Of a stretch of 64,000 nt of DNA, positions 17,514 to 28,226 are shown one piece after another. The notes under the pieces were generated by a model. It made no database searches. It worked only from the letters and a program-made list of their open reading frames with translations, and was not told where the DNA came from. Position 1 is the stretch's first letter. Every line of letters begins with the position of its first letter. The DNA comes from an uncultured Chloroflexia bacterium (GTDB lineage Bacteria; Chloroflexota; Limnocylindria; Limnocylindrales; CSP1-4), in assembly GCA_963791725.1 (NCBI GenBank), contig CAWBTQ010000003.1, positions 129,441 to 193,440 of the forward strand, written 5' to 3'. A program made the translations under genes and the position numbers.

Positions 17514-19346
17514 TCAGACCGTCTCGATCGAGCGCCGCTGCGAGGCTCGGGCCTCGGCTGTTACCAGATACTCCGCGCCGTACTGGAGTTCGCGGTGCAA
17601 CCGCTCGACGTTGGCCAGGGTGTCGATCTCCTTCGGGTCCTTGTCCGGCCTCAAGCCCACGATGCGCGGGAAGCGCAGGGCGAAGCCCGACTGGTGGCGG
17701 TTCGAGCGCTGGATCACGTCGAACGCGACTTCGACCACGATCGCCGGTTCGACCTGCCGGTAGCGGCCGTACTGGTTAGTGGTGTGGGCCTCGAACCAGC
17801 GGGTCATAGCCGCTATCTCCGCGTCGGTCAGGCCGGTGTAGGCCTTGCCTATGGTGACCAGGCGGTCCGCACCCTCATCGCGCACCGCAAACGTGTAATC
17901 CGAGAGGACGCCGTGCCGTTTGCCATGGCCCACCTCGACTCCGACCACGACGCAATCAAGCGTGGCCAGGGCCCGCTTCATCTTCAGCCAGCCGAGACCG
18001 CGACGGCCCGGCGTGTAGCCGCTTTGCGGGTCCTTGACCATCAGCCCTTCGTTGCGCCGCGCGCGAGCCTCGTCGAAGATCCGATCCAGCGCCGCCACCG
18101 AGTCGGCGGTCACCAGGTGCGAGAGGGCGAAGCGGCCACCGTCGGCGACGGTCGGCAGGCCCAGCGCTTCCAGACGCCCGCGGCGCTCGGCCAGCGGAAC
18201 TCCGAGCAACGGCGCGACCGTCACGGACGATGATCCGTTGCGTAGCACCCCCGGACCCGCGGGACGCCCTGAGGAATCAGCATGGACCCCATCGACGGCC
18301 ATGTGGCCATTCATTTCGGCGCCGGTCGCGTCCGGCGACCGCGGCCCGATGGCGAGCACATCGAAGGCCACGTACGCCACCGGGACTTCGGCCTGGAGCT
18401 CGGACGTGGGGTCCTTGCGGCCCAGCCGCGCCTGGAGGGTCAGAAACGGCAGGACGTGGCCCTCGGTGTAGGCGAGGATTTCGCCGTCCAGGACGCCGTC
18501 CCAGTCGAGCGATCGGGCCGCCTCGACGATCTCGGGGAACTGCTCGCTGATGTCGTGCAGGTCCCGGCTGTACAGCCGGGCCTCGGGGCCGCGCCGGTGG
18601 AGCTGCGCCCGGATGCCGTCGTACTTGTCCTCGACCCAGACGGTGGGGCCGAGACGGGCCAGAATGTCCGCCGCGTCCTCTGCCGGCGAGGCCAGCATGA
18701 ACTTGATGGGGTGCATGAGCCGGAGATGGGCTTCGTGGAGCCGATCCTCTTTGGCGAGAACTGCCGTCGCGCCGGTATCGCCGGTGAGCATCAGGGCCAC
18801 GCCGACGGCCGATTGGGGACGTCCGAACGCTTCGGCGATGGCCGCTTCGAGCAATCCCTCGCGCAGGCCTATGCGCAGCTCTCCGGTCAGGACCTTGACC
18901 ACATACTTGGCGGTGAGCGCATCGCAGCGCTCGAGGAGCCCGGCGAAGGCCGCCGCCTTGAGGGCCGTCCCGGGAGCGGCCTCGATCGCAGAGAAGAACT
19001 CGGCCACGTCGGCGAGGCTCGGCGAGAGGCTGGGGTCCGGCGACTCGACCCGCTCGGCCAGAACGTCGGCCACGGCCTGCCCGAGATCGGACGATCGATC
19101 GTATGCCTCACCCAACGCACCGGCAGGCGATCCGGAAAGCCTGCTGACCACGGCGGCGATGGCTGCCCAGCCAAGGCCTACGGCCCGCTGGTCGGCCTCC
19201 GCGAACGGCCGCCCGGCGAGGAAGGTTGCGGCCACACGCAATTCGGCCACCGGCAGCGTTGCCAGATAGCGAGCGAGCAGCGAGGTCTTCTCCGAGGTGC
19301 GAGTGGTACCGGCGACGCGTTCCGCCAACTCGCTCCAGCCGCGCAT
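17514..19346 (-). CDS. ATP-dependent DNA ligase (LigB-like)
   Basis: EDKYDGIRAQLH motif I, LDGEI, FDVL, EGLMVK, WLKMK, LRFPRI..LRPDK. Confidence 0.95.
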   Translation of the reverse strand: MRGWSELAERVAGTTRTSEKTSLLARYLATLPVAELRVAATFLAGRPFAEADQRAVGLGWAAIAAVVSRLSGSPAGALGEAYDRSSDLGQAVADVLAERVESPDPSLSPSLADVAEFFSAIEAAPGTALKAAAFAGLLERCDALTAKYVVKVLTGELRIGLREGLLEAAIAEAFGRPQSAVGVALMLTGDTGATAVLAKEDRLHEAHLRLMHPIKFMLASPAEDAADILARLGPTVWVEDKYDGIRAQLHRRGPEARLYSRDLHDISEQFPEIVEAARSLDWDGVLDGEILAYTEGHVLPFLTLQARLGRKDPTSELQAEVPVAYVAFDVLAIGPRSPDATGAEMNGHMAVDGVHADSSGRPAGPGVLRNGSSSVTVAPLLGVPLAERRGRLEALGLPTVADGGRFALSHLVTADSVAALDRIFDEARARRNEGLMVKDPQSGYTPGRRGLGWLKMKRALATLDCVVVGVEVGHGKRHGVLSDYTFAVRDEGADRLVTIGKAYTGLTDAEIAAMTRWFEAHTTNQYGRYRQVEPAIVVEVAFDVIQRSNRHQSGFALRFPRIVGLRPDKDPKEIDTLANVERLHRELQYGAEYLVTAEARASQRRSIETV

Positions 19347-19426
19347 GGCGGGGATGGTATACCTTCGCTTCGTGAAACCCGCTCGACGCACCCCGCCCGA
19401 TCCGACACGGCGAACCGGAGCCCGAG

Positions 19427-20011
19427 ATGACCGCGGCGCCTGAGCGCGAACCCTGGCGACCAGAGGCGATCTCGGGCCAGCGGGTCGTTCTGCGCCGCCA
19501 CCGGGCCGAGAACCTGAATGCCTTCACGCTCTGGTACTCCGACCCGGAGGTGGCCCGTCTGACGCGCTACCAGCAGACGCCGCTGTCACGCGACGAGGTC
19601 CAGCGCTTCTTCTATTCGCGGATCATGGGCTCCGACTTCCTGGCCATGGCGATCCACATCCGCGATACCGACCGGCTGATCGGCACATGCGCCTTCAGCC
19701 AGCTGGACGGTGACAACGGGTCGACCCTCTACCACATCACGATCGGCGAACGGGACGCCTGGGGAAAGGGCTACGGCACCGAAGCCACGGAGCTGATGGT
19801 GGCCCACGCGTTCACGCGGCTGGCGCTGCATCGGGTCGCGCTGACCGTCTTCGAATTCAACGCGCGCGCGATCCGCTCATATGAGAAATGTGGATTCGTG
19901 GTCGAGGGTCGGGCGCGGCAGGCGATCTATCGCGACGGCAGGTTCTGGGACGAGATCCACATGAGCATCCTGGCCGGGGAGTGGGAGGGCAGGCACCGAC
20001 GGCTGACGTGA
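19427..20011 (+). CDS. GNAT acetyltransferase (RimJ/RimL family)
   Basis: WGKGYGTEA, LHRV.L.VFEFNARAIRSYEKCGFVVEG. Confidence 0.9.
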   Translation: MTAAPEREPWRPEAISGQRVVLRRHRAENLNAFTLWYSDPEVARLTRYQQTPLSRDEVQRFFYSRIMGSDFLAMAIHIRDTDRLIGTCAFSQLDGDNGSTLYHITIGERDAWGKGYGTEATELMVAHAFTRLALHRVALTVFEFNARAIRSYEKCGFVVEGRARQAIYRDGRFWDEIHMSILAGEWEGRHRRLT

Positions 20012-20058
20012 TGTGGGTAGAGCAAAACGGACCGGACGGGTCTTTCGACAGACGGGGC

Positions 20059-20499
20059 CTAGGCCGCGCCGGAAGCTAGCGCCTGCTTGGCCAGATACGC
20101 GTCGATGATGCCCTGCAGGGTGGCCCCGTTGAGCTTCTCCAGGATGGCGGCCTCGGCGGCGTAGAAGACGTCGTGTACGCCGCATTCGCCATCCTGTCCA
20201 CAGGCCGTGCCGCGCATGACGCAGATCTGGCGATGAGGATCGCCCTCGACCGCCTCGATGACCTGTAGAAGGGTGACGGTGTCTGGGCGGGCAGCCAGCT
20301 CGTATCCACCGGATCGTCCTGGATGAGCGTGGACGAGCCCGGCTCGCGTCAAGTCGCCCATTATCTGCGGCAGGAAGCGAGGCGGGATCTTCATCTCCTC
20401 GGCGATCTTGCGGCTGCTGATCAGACCGGTCGGAGCCATCGTCAGCGCCAGCATGGCCCGGATCGCGTAGTCGCTTCGCTTGGTCAGATCGAGTCGCAT
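20059..20499 (-). CDS. Rrf2 family transcriptional regulator with three Cys
   Basis: LTKRSDYAIRAM, GRSGGYELA, TLLQVIEAVEG, C-x6-C-x5-C. Confidence 0.93.
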   Translation of the reverse strand: MRLDLTKRSDYAIRAMLALTMAPTGLISSRKIAEEMKIPPRFLPQIMGDLTRAGLVHAHPGRSGGYELAARPDTVTLLQVIEAVEGDPHRQICVMRGTACGQDGECGVHDVFYAAEAAILEKLNGATLQGIIDAYLAKQALASGAA

Positions 20500-20575
20500 G
20501 GTCCAAACAGTATCGCTTCGGCGTCGATAGGCAACCCCTGCCGTTCGTCCCTCGTCCGGGTGACGGCCGGCCGAA

Positions 20576-20599
20576 AATACACCGATTTAGGTGCATATT
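20576..20599. promoter_or_regulatory. AT-rich imperfect palindrome, candidate Rrf2 operator
   Basis: AATACACC-gattta-GGTGCATATT upstream of the rrf2 gene. Confidence 0.4.
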
Positions 20600-20640
20600 C
20601 GGCCGATCTCGCCCTTCAGCCGATCCGCGACCTGCCTTCC

Positions 20641-21492
20641 TCACCCGATCAGGTAGGCAACCGTTACCTGGACGACGACGTCGGTTGTGCCGGTTTGAAT
20701 AGGCGTCGAACCGGCTGCCTTGGCGGCATCGAGCGCGCTCGCGTAGTAGATCGGGGTCGGCTGGGTTGTCGTCTCGGTGATCGTGGCAACGCCCTTGACC
20801 GCCACGCCGGCTGCCGCCGTCAGTGCGTCAGCCTTGGCCCTCGCGTCGCGCATAGCCAGCTGGCGGGCTTGAGCCTGAACGGCCGAGGGGTCGTTGAGTC
20901 GGAAGCTGATGCCACCGATCGTCGTCGCACCGGCGGCGACCCCGTCGTCCACGACCGAACCGACCGACTTGAGGTTCCGAACGGTCACCTTGACCGTGTT
21001 GGTGAACTGCTGGCCGACGAGTTTCGGGGCGGAGCCGCTCGAGCTGTAGTCGTAGACCGGGTTGAGGCTGAGGTTCACGGTGACGATATCCCTGGCGACT
21101 ACCCCGTCCTTCTCGACGGCGGCGATGACGGCATTCATCGAGGCGGCCGCGGCTGACTGGGCCTCGGCAACGGTCGGCTTCTGGACCATGACCCCGATCA
21201 CGACGTCTGCGACATCGGGAGCGACGCTGACTTCGCCGGTGCCCGCGACTGTGACCGTGTGTTCGGGCGAAGCGGACGCATCGGCGGCGAGGGTGGGATG
21301 ACCGCTCACGATCGGGCCGATGATTATGCCGATGAGGAGGCTCGCCGCCGCGGTCACGGCGATGGCGCGACCCAGCGTGAGCTGATCTGAGAGGTGGTGG
21401 GCCCCGCGAGCGGCGCCGGACGTCGGGCGGGCGCCCTCGGCGTCCGGGCGTGGGCCCTGGTCGCGCTGGGCGTTCGACGCCTTGTCGTTCAT
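20641..21492 (-). CDS. SIMPL/DUF541 domain protein
   Basis: VTVAGTGEVSVAPDVA, LNPVYDY, AMRDARAKADAL; N-terminal TM. Confidence 0.9.
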   Translation of the reverse strand: MNDKASNAQRDQGPRPDAEGARPTSGAARGAHHLSDQLTLGRAIAVTAAASLLIGIIIGPIVSGHPTLAADASASPEHTVTVAGTGEVSVAPDVADVVIGVMVQKPTVAEAQSAAAASMNAVIAAVEKDGVVARDIVTVNLSLNPVYDYSSSGSAPKLVGQQFTNTVKVTVRNLKSVGSVVDDGVAAGATTIGGISFRLNDPSAVQAQARQLAMRDARAKADALTAAAGVAVKGVATITETTTQPTPIYYASALDAAKAAGSTPIQTGTTDVVVQVTVAYLIG

Positions 21493-21616
21493 TCTCGATC
21501 TCCTTGTGAGCTGCACGGCTTGTAGGCGCCGTATCGACGCTCGCGGGCCGCGTCCGGTTCCTGTCGGGCGTGTAGTTCCCGCCGGCCGGCGGTGATCACC
21601 CGCTACGATTAGCGGC

Positions 21617-22177
21617 GTGAGTGCGAGCGAGCTGAACCCCTGGCGCCGCGTGTCGCGACGCGTGGCGTACCAGAACCCGTGGGTCGAGATCCTTCACGAC
21701 GATGTCGTGCGGCCCGATGGCCAGCCGGGCGTCTACGGCGTCGTCCACTTCCGGCATCTGGCCATCGGCGTCGTGCCGCTCGACGCGGAGGGCCGCGTCC
21801 TGCTGGTCGGCCAGTATCGCTACACGCTCGACCACTATTCGTGGGAGATCCCGGAGGGTGGGGGCGACCTCGACGAGGAGCCCGAGGCCGCCGCCCGCCG
21901 CGAACTGGCCGAGGAGACGGGTTATTGCGGCGGTCAGTGGCGGGAGCTATGTCGGGCCGAGCTCTCGAACTCCGTGACGGACGAGGTGACGATCCTGTTC
22001 GTGGCGAGTGGCCTGGAGGAGGGTCCGGCCTCGCCTGAAGGAACCGAGCAGCTGCAGCTGCGCTGGGTTCCTTTCGACGAGGTGATGGCCATGATCCGCC
22101 GCGGTGAGATCGCCGACGCGATGACGATCCTGGCGATGCAGCAGCTCGCTCTGGAGCGCGTCGCGACCAAACGCTGA
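21617..22177 (+). CDS. NUDIX hydrolase (ADP-ribose pyrophosphatase-like)
   Basis: WEIPEGG...AARRELAEETG Nudix box. Confidence 0.93.
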   Translation: MSASELNPWRRVSRRVAYQNPWVEILHDDVVRPDGQPGVYGVVHFRHLAIGVVPLDAEGRVLLVGQYRYTLDHYSWEIPEGGGDLDEEPEAAARRELAEETGYCGGQWRELCRAELSNSVTDEVTILFVASGLEEGPASPEGTEQLQLRWVPFDEVMAMIRRGEIADAMTILAMQQLALERVATKR

Positions 22178-22362
22178 CACCTTCTCCGGCTCGCGACGCC
22201 GCCATGGGCTGACATCTTCGTCGGCCCGGCCCACGGCCATCCGGCAATCCTTACCCGGCCCGAGATGTATGATCTTCGAGCATTCACACTGCATACGGAT
22301 TATGCGTTGGGCGCCCGCTGACGACTCCTGCGGCAGGGGCGGCAATGAACCGGAGGCGCGTC

Positions 22363-24045
22363 ATGGTCGAGCACGGAGCTGGCAGTCATGGCCCCCTCGT
22401 GCCCGCGCCGTCAGCGGCCTCACAGCACCTGACTTCGGCACGCGACGACAGCAGCCCGTTCATCAACCTGCGCGACCCGGCGCGGGCCGTCGGCCCCGAC
22501 GGCAGGCCCGCCGTGAGCCGTCGCGCCCCGATATGGCAGGACGTGCCCGACGAACGCTGGAACGACTGGCGCTGGCAGCTCTCCAACCGCGTCAGCACGG
22601 TCGAGGAGATCGGTCGCGTCCTCAATCTCACCGACGAGGAGCGCGCAGGGCTGTCCTACACGGACAAGTTCCGGGTCGACATCACTCCCTACTTCCTGAG
22701 CCTCATCGACCCCGATGACCCCAACGACCCTATCCGCCGCCAGGTCATCCCCACCGACTGCGAGCACGAAGCCTTTACGGCGATGATGGAGGACTCGCTG
22801 GCCGAGGACCGCCACTCCCCCGTTCCAGGGCTCGTGCACCGGTATCCGGACCGCGTCCTCATGCTGGTCACGACCCAATGCGCCAGCTACTGCCGCTACT
22901 GCACGCGGTCGCGCATAGTCGGCGACCCCTCGCAGAACTTCAACCGCCACGAGCATGAGGCGCAGCTCGAGTACCTGCGCCGTACGCCGCAAGTACGCGA
23001 CGTGCTCATCTCGGGCGGCGACGGTCTGACGCTCGCTCCCAAGCTGCTCGAATCGATCATCCGCGGCATCCGCGAGATCCCGCACATCGAGGTCATCCGC
23101 ATCGGCTCGCGCGTGCCGGTCTTCATGCCGCAGCGCGTCGACGACGAACTGTGCGAGATGCTCGCGAAGTACCACCCGCTATGGATGAACCTCCACTTCA
23201 ACCATCCCAACGAACTCACGCCCGAAGTCGCCCGCGCCTGCGACAAGCTGACACGGGCCGGCATCCCGCTGGGCAATCAGTCGGTCCTGCTGGCCGGGGT
23301 CAACGACTGCGTCCACATCATGCGGGCCCTGGTGCACAAGCTGGTCGAGTTCCGGGTTCGGCCCTACTACATCTACCAATGCGACCTGGTCGAAGGCTCG
23401 GGCCATTTCCGGACTCCGGTTGGCAAGGGCATCGAGATCATGGAAGGCCTGCGCGGCCACACCTCCGGCTACGCGGTGCCAACGTACGTGGTGGACGCCC
23501 CGGGCGGCGGCGGCAAGATCCCGGTCATGCCCAACTACCTGATCAGCTACTCGGACCACAAGGTCGTCCTGCGCAATTTCGAGGGCTACATCACCACGTA
23601 CGAGGAGCCCGCCCAATACACGGCGCACGACAAGGCCAACTGCCGGTACTGCCAGCATCCGCGTTCCGAGCCTGGCCAGGCCGGCATCGAGGGGCTTCTC
23701 GACGGCAAGCAGATGTGGATCGAGCCGTCCGGCTTCGAACAAGCGCACCTGCGCGGTCGGACGCAGCCTCATCGGCTCCAGGACCCGGCGAAATGGATCC
23801 CCTACGGGGTTGGGGCGATCGAAGGGACGGCCGGGCAGCCGATGGGCGAGCTCGAGGCCGGCTCGAGCGAGCCCATGCCGGAGGATGCAGCCGCCGGAGA
23901 ACGGCACGGCTCCTCAGTGCCAGAGGCCTCCGACACCGCCGACGCGCCACGCGCCAAAGAGCCGGTCTTCGAATATGCGCCGGGCGAGGAGCCCCGACCG
24001 CGCGAGGGCGACCCCACCGGCTGGTCGAACGGCGAGCTGCTCTAG
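22363..24045 (+). CDS. kamA: Lysine 2,3-aminomutase (radical SAM)
   Basis: GLVHRYPDRVL, CASYCRYCTR, DVLISGGD, HFNHPNE, NQSVLL, LRGHTSGYAVP, DAPGGGGKIP. Confidence 0.92.
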   Translation: MVEHGAGSHGPLVPAPSAASQHLTSARDDSSPFINLRDPARAVGPDGRPAVSRRAPIWQDVPDERWNDWRWQLSNRVSTVEEIGRVLNLTDEERAGLSYTDKFRVDITPYFLSLIDPDDPNDPIRRQVIPTDCEHEAFTAMMEDSLAEDRHSPVPGLVHRYPDRVLMLVTTQCASYCRYCTRSRIVGDPSQNFNRHEHEAQLEYLRRTPQVRDVLISGGDGLTLAPKLLESIIRGIREIPHIEVIRIGSRVPVFMPQRVDDELCEMLAKYHPLWMNLHFNHPNELTPEVARACDKLTRAGIPLGNQSVLLAGVNDCVHIMRALVHKLVEFRVRPYYIYQCDLVEGSGHFRTPVGKGIEIMEGLRGHTSGYAVPTYVVDAPGGGGKIPVMPNYLISYSDHKVVLRNFEGYITTYEEPAQYTAHDKANCRYCQHPRSEPGQAGIEGLLDGKQMWIEPSGFEQAHLRGRTQPHRLQDPAKWIPYGVGAIEGTAGQPMGELEAGSSEPMPEDAAAGERHGSSVPEASDTADAPRAKEPVFEYAPGEEPRPREGDPTGWSNGELL

Positions 24046-24182
24046 CTGCATCTAGCGCGACCGAGAGAGCATGAGCGTCTGCCGTGGACGGTCGACGCCC
24101 CGATTGTTCGTCGCGGCGCCGGCTGAGGCGCGTACTATCGAGGGTAGGCACATGGGGACGCGCCGAGGGAGGAGTAAGCGGC

Positions 24183-24485
24183 ATGATCGATACCTGGCCG
24201 CCCGAGGGGGGCAGCCCGATCTTCATCCGCGGCTACCGCGGCAAGAGCTATGAAGAAGTCATCGAGGCCTTCCATCGAGACAGCGTGCTGCTCAGTCTCC
24301 AGAACTACGAGCCGGCCGGGCAGCACTACGTCGAAGGGCGGTGGGGCATGGGCATGGCCGTGGTCGCCACGCTGCTGATACCCGTCTTGGCGGGCATTTT
24401 CCTGTGGCTCTACATGCTGGTCTCACGTCCCACCGGAACGCTCACGGTGACCTACGTCCGGCACACGCCTCCGGCTGGAGGCTAG
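24183..24485 (+). CDS. Hypothetical small membrane protein
   Basis: GGAGGAG RBS; one hydrophobic helix; GTLTVTY C-terminus. Confidence 0.65.
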   Translation: MIDTWPPEGGSPIFIRGYRGKSYEEVIEAFHRDSVLLSLQNYEPAGQHYVEGRWGMGMAVVATLLIPVLAGIFLWLYMLVSRPTGTLTVTYVRHTPPAGG

Positions 24486-24582
24486 GCCGGGGCGGGCTGA
24501 GGGAGTCCTCATCCGCTTGGAGCAGCGGTGGTCCTGCGTGCGAGTGATGCACAGCCGGGGCCGCCGGGGGTACCGTGCGACC

Positions 24583-25977
24583 ATGCAACGTGTACTGGCA
24601 GGCCGCCGTCCCGACTCCCGGCGGTTTAGATGGAACCAGGACTACGCCGACGTGGCCATGGCCGTCGCCCTGACAACCGCCGGCCTGGCCCTGGCCGGCC
24701 CCAACCACGTCCACCTGGACGCGATCAGCGTCTCGCTCCTGATCCTCCAGACCTTCCCCCTCGCCTGGCGCCGCCGGAACCCGATGCGGGTCCTCTACGT
24801 GGTAGGCACGGCCATCACGGCGTACAGCCTGCTCGGCTATCACGACTCGAGCGCCGGGCTCGGCGTATTCGTGGCCTTCTACACAGTTGCCGCAAACGAG
24901 TCGAGGCGCCGGGCCACGATCGCGGCCGCGATCACGGCCTGTGGCATCTTCATCAGCTTCGCCGCATACGCCACGCTCGACTCGGCCGGCTGGACATCCT
25001 CCCTGACGGCAACCTACCTGTCGTTCGGGCTGGCCTGGCTGATCGGCGACAACCTGCGCGTCAGACGCGCGTACACCAGGGAACTCGAAGAACGAGCGTC
25101 GGAGCTCGAGCGGGAGCGCGAAGAGAAAGCCTCCCAGGCTGTGACCGAGGAGCGGGCCCGCATCGCCCGCGAGCTTCACGACGTCGTCGCCCATTACGTC
25201 AGCGTCATGGTCGTCCAGGCGGCCGGCGCGCGCCGCATCGCGGACAAGGACCCGATGGCGGCGCGAGGCGCGCTCGAGGCTGTGGAGGCCGCCGGCCGGA
25301 CGGCTCTGGCCGAGATGCGCAGAATGCTGGAAGTCCTCCGCGCGGACGATCCGGGAATGGGCCCGCAGCCGGGCCTGGGCGAGCTCGACCGGCTCATCGA
25401 CAACGTTCGCGACGCCGGCCTGCCCGTCGAGTTGTCGATCGAAGGCAGCGCGTGCTGTCTGCCGGCCGGGATGGACCTGGCCGCGTATCGAATCGTCCAG
25501 GAGGCCCTGACCAACTCCGTCAAGCACGGCGGCAAGGCAGCGGCCCGCGTGACTGTCCGCTACACGGCCGAGACCCTCGAGATCGAGGTGACCGACAACG
25601 GCCGTGGTGCCGCGGCGCCTCTCCTCACCTCCGTCGAGGGCGGGGGCCATGGCTTGATCGGCATGAAGGAGCGAGTCGGGCTTTTCGGAGGCGTTCTGGA
25701 AGCTGGGCCGGTCCTCACCGGCGGCTACCGAGTATTCGCCCGAATGCCGATCGAGCCGGACGAGAGCGCCCGGGCCCGAACGGAGCGGGAGGCGTCGTAC
25801 GTCGCCATCGAGGAGTCGGCCAAGAGACAGCGCGAACAAGAGCATCGACCTCGTAGCCGGCCCCAGGCTCCGGCCAGACCGCGAACCGTTCCACCCCTGA
25901 TGGTCCGCGTCGTTCCACCACGACAGGCTCAGGGCGAGCGGCATCACGGCCGCACAGAGCAGGAAGGCGAGCTGTGA
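24583..25977 (+). CDS. Sensor histidine kinase (HisKA_3)
   Basis: N-terminal TMs, ERARIARELHDVVAH, YRIVQEALTN, GHGLIGMKER. Confidence 0.95.
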   Translation: MQRVLAGRRPDSRRFRWNQDYADVAMAVALTTAGLALAGPNHVHLDAISVSLLILQTFPLAWRRRNPMRVLYVVGTAITAYSLLGYHDSSAGLGVFVAFYTVAANESRRRATIAAAITACGIFISFAAYATLDSAGWTSSLTATYLSFGLAWLIGDNLRVRRAYTRELEERASELEREREEKASQAVTEERARIARELHDVVAHYVSVMVVQAAGARRIADKDPMAARGALEAVEAAGRTALAEMRRMLEVLRADDPGMGPQPGLGELDRLIDNVRDAGLPVELSIEGSACCLPAGMDLAAYRIVQEALTNSVKHGGKAAARVTVRYTAETLEIEVTDNGRGAAAPLLTSVEGGGHGLIGMKERVGLFGGVLEAGPVLTGGYRVFARMPIEPDESARARTEREASYVAIEESAKRQREQEHRPRSRPQAPARPRTVPPLMVRVVPPRQAQGERHHGRTEQEGEL

Positions 25978-26630
25978 CGACCCGCGTACTTCTGGTGGAC
26001 GACCAGCCGTTGCTGCGAACCGGGTTCCGGATGATCCTCTCGGCCGAGTCGGACCTGATGGTCGTTGGCGAGGCCGGCGACGGCGCCACGGCGATCGAGC
26101 TGGCCCGCCGTCTCAAGCCCGACGTCGTCTTGATGGACATCCGGATGCCGGGCATGGACGGGATCCAGGCGACTCGCGCCCTGGCCGGTCCAGGGGTTGA
26201 GGAGCCGATGAAGGTGCTGATGCTGACCACGTTCGGCCTCGACGAGTACGTGGTGGAGTCGCTGCGGGCAGGGGCAAGCGGCTTTCTGCTCAAGGACGCG
26301 CCGGCCGAAGACCTGGTCGAGGCGATCAGGATCGTTGCTGCCGGCGAGGCGCTTCTGGCTCCGTCGGTCACCCGACGTCTCCTGGATCGGGTCGCCAGCC
26401 GGCTGCCCCCCGCAAACGAGGACACCATTCCGGCTCTCTCAGAGCTCACCGATCGCGAGATGGAGGTCCTGAAGCTGATGGCGCGGGGTCTCTCGAACGC
26501 CGAGATTGCCGAGAAACTGGTGGTCTCCGAGACGACGGTGAAGACCCACGTCTCGCGGGTTCTGGCCAAGCTCGATCTCCGCGACCGAGTGCAGGCGGTG
26601 ATCCTCGCCTACGAGACCGGCCTCGTCTGA
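25974..26630 (+). CDS. NarL/LuxR family response regulator
   Basis: LLVDDQ, DVVLMDIRMP, LTDREMEVL...TVKTHVSR. Confidence 0.96.
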   Translation: MTTRVLLVDDQPLLRTGFRMILSAESDLMVVGEAGDGATAIELARRLKPDVVLMDIRMPGMDGIQATRALAGPGVEEPMKVLMLTTFGLDEYVVESLRAGASGFLLKDAPAEDLVEAIRIVAAGEALLAPSVTRRLLDRVASRLPPANEDTIPALSELTDREMEVLKLMARGLSNAEIAEKLVVSETTVKTHVSRVLAKLDLRDRVQAVILAYETGLV

Positions 26631-26994
26631 GCCGATGCGACCGGCGCGATGCCGAGGAGCTCGCGTCTGAACACGCCCGGCTGAGCGGGAACGACCAGGC
26701 CACCGAGCCGCGCCGCCCGAGAGGAGCCGACACCCGAGCCGCCGCCCGCTCGAGCCGCGGCGAGGCGCAAGCCGTCGACGGCAGCCTTCGACTCCCGGGC
26801 TCGCCATCACGGCCGCTCGATCATCCAAAGGGATGACCCACCTTTCAGCCCCCTGGACGACTGCCGATTACCCGTCTCGGACGACGGCGCCGACCGCCCG
26901 GGCGGGTAGCTTCAATGACGACGAGAAAGACGCCAGACAGCGTCCTCGAACCGCGTAGCCCAGGGGCACCGGCCCCAGTGAGAAGGAGACTCAA

Positions 26995-28163
26995 ATGCGA
27001 CTCGTGCGCGACCTCGGTCGCCGCAAGCTCCGCTCCACGCTGACGATCACCGGCATCGCCATCGGCATCATGGCCCTGGTCGTGTTCGGCTCGATGGCCA
27101 ACAAGATGAACGCGCTGATCAACGGTGGTTCGACGTACTACGCCAACAAGGACATCGTGAGCATCGGCTCCATGTTCAGCGGCAGCTTCCAGCCTCTGTC
27201 CCTGAGCGACGCCGACAAGATCGCGAAGATCGACGGCGTCGCCGCGGTCTCGCCCGGCATCGAGATGATGCTGGACGACAGCACCACGGCCACCATGGGC
27301 ACGCCGGAGATGATCGGTGGCTACGTGCCCGGCGGCGACAAGGGCCTCGAGACCTTCAAGATGAACGTCTCTTCGGGGCGCGAGCTGACCGCATCCGACT
27401 CGGGCAATCTGACGGTCCTCGGCTGCGACCTGGCTCGCAAGCTCAACGCTCAGATCGGCGACACGGTCACGTTTCGCCATGAGCAGTTCAAGGTCGTCGG
27501 GATCCTGGCCCCCACGCTCACGGCCCCGGACAAGGAGGCCATGGTTCCGCTCGACGCAGCGCAGCAGCTGTTCGTGAAGACGCTGCCGCCGCTGATCCAA
27601 TCCAAGCTCAACGCCGCGGACATCGCCACCAGCATCACCGTGTACCCCAAAGTCGGCGTGTCTCCTGAGACCCTCAAGGCTCGCCTCCAGACCGCGCTCG
27701 GCAGCTCCTACACCGTCATGGACGGCAAGGACTTCGACGCCATGCTGGGCAGCATCAGCACCATCTTCAGCCTCGTCCTGACCGGGGTCGCGATGCTGAG
27801 CCTGCTGGTCGGTGGGCTGTCGACCGTCAACACGATGGCCATGGCCGTCGCGGAGCGGACGCGCGAGATCGGCATCAAGCGGGCCATCGGCGCCTCCCGC
27901 TGGCGCATCCGGCGCGAGATCGTCTTCGAGTCCGCGGCCATCGGCCTGATCGGCCGGCCTGATCGGGCTCGGCGATCGGCGCGGTGATGACCACCGTCTT
28001 CAACGACCTGGGCCGCGCCTCGGGCAACGTCCTGTTCGAACTGACGCTCGGAACGGCGGCCACGGCGGTCATCTTCGCCACGGTGCTCGGTGCGGTCGCC
28101 GGCTTCGTCCCGGCCTGGCACGCCTCCCGGCTCGATCCCGTGACCGCTCTCCGATACGAGTAG
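26995..28163 (+). pseudogene. MacB/FtsX-type ABC permease with two +1 insertions near 27955 and 27971 (pseudogene or sequencing error)
   Basis: ERTREIGIKRAIGA motif; removing two bases restores IGGLIGLAIGAV...ASRLDPVTALRYE-stop at 28163. Confidence 0.8.
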
Positions 28164-28226
28164 CGACCACCCCCAACCGACTGCAACGCGGGCCGCCGCC
28201 TGGCGGCCCGCCAAGGAGAAACGACG

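Noticed and set aside
22178-22362. Possible lysine riboswitch upstream of kamA
   Set aside because: No recognisable L-box consensus.
26815-26890. Repeated GGATGA/GGACGA motifs upstream of the ABC operon
   Set aside because: Plausible response-regulator sites but too degenerate to call from one sequence.
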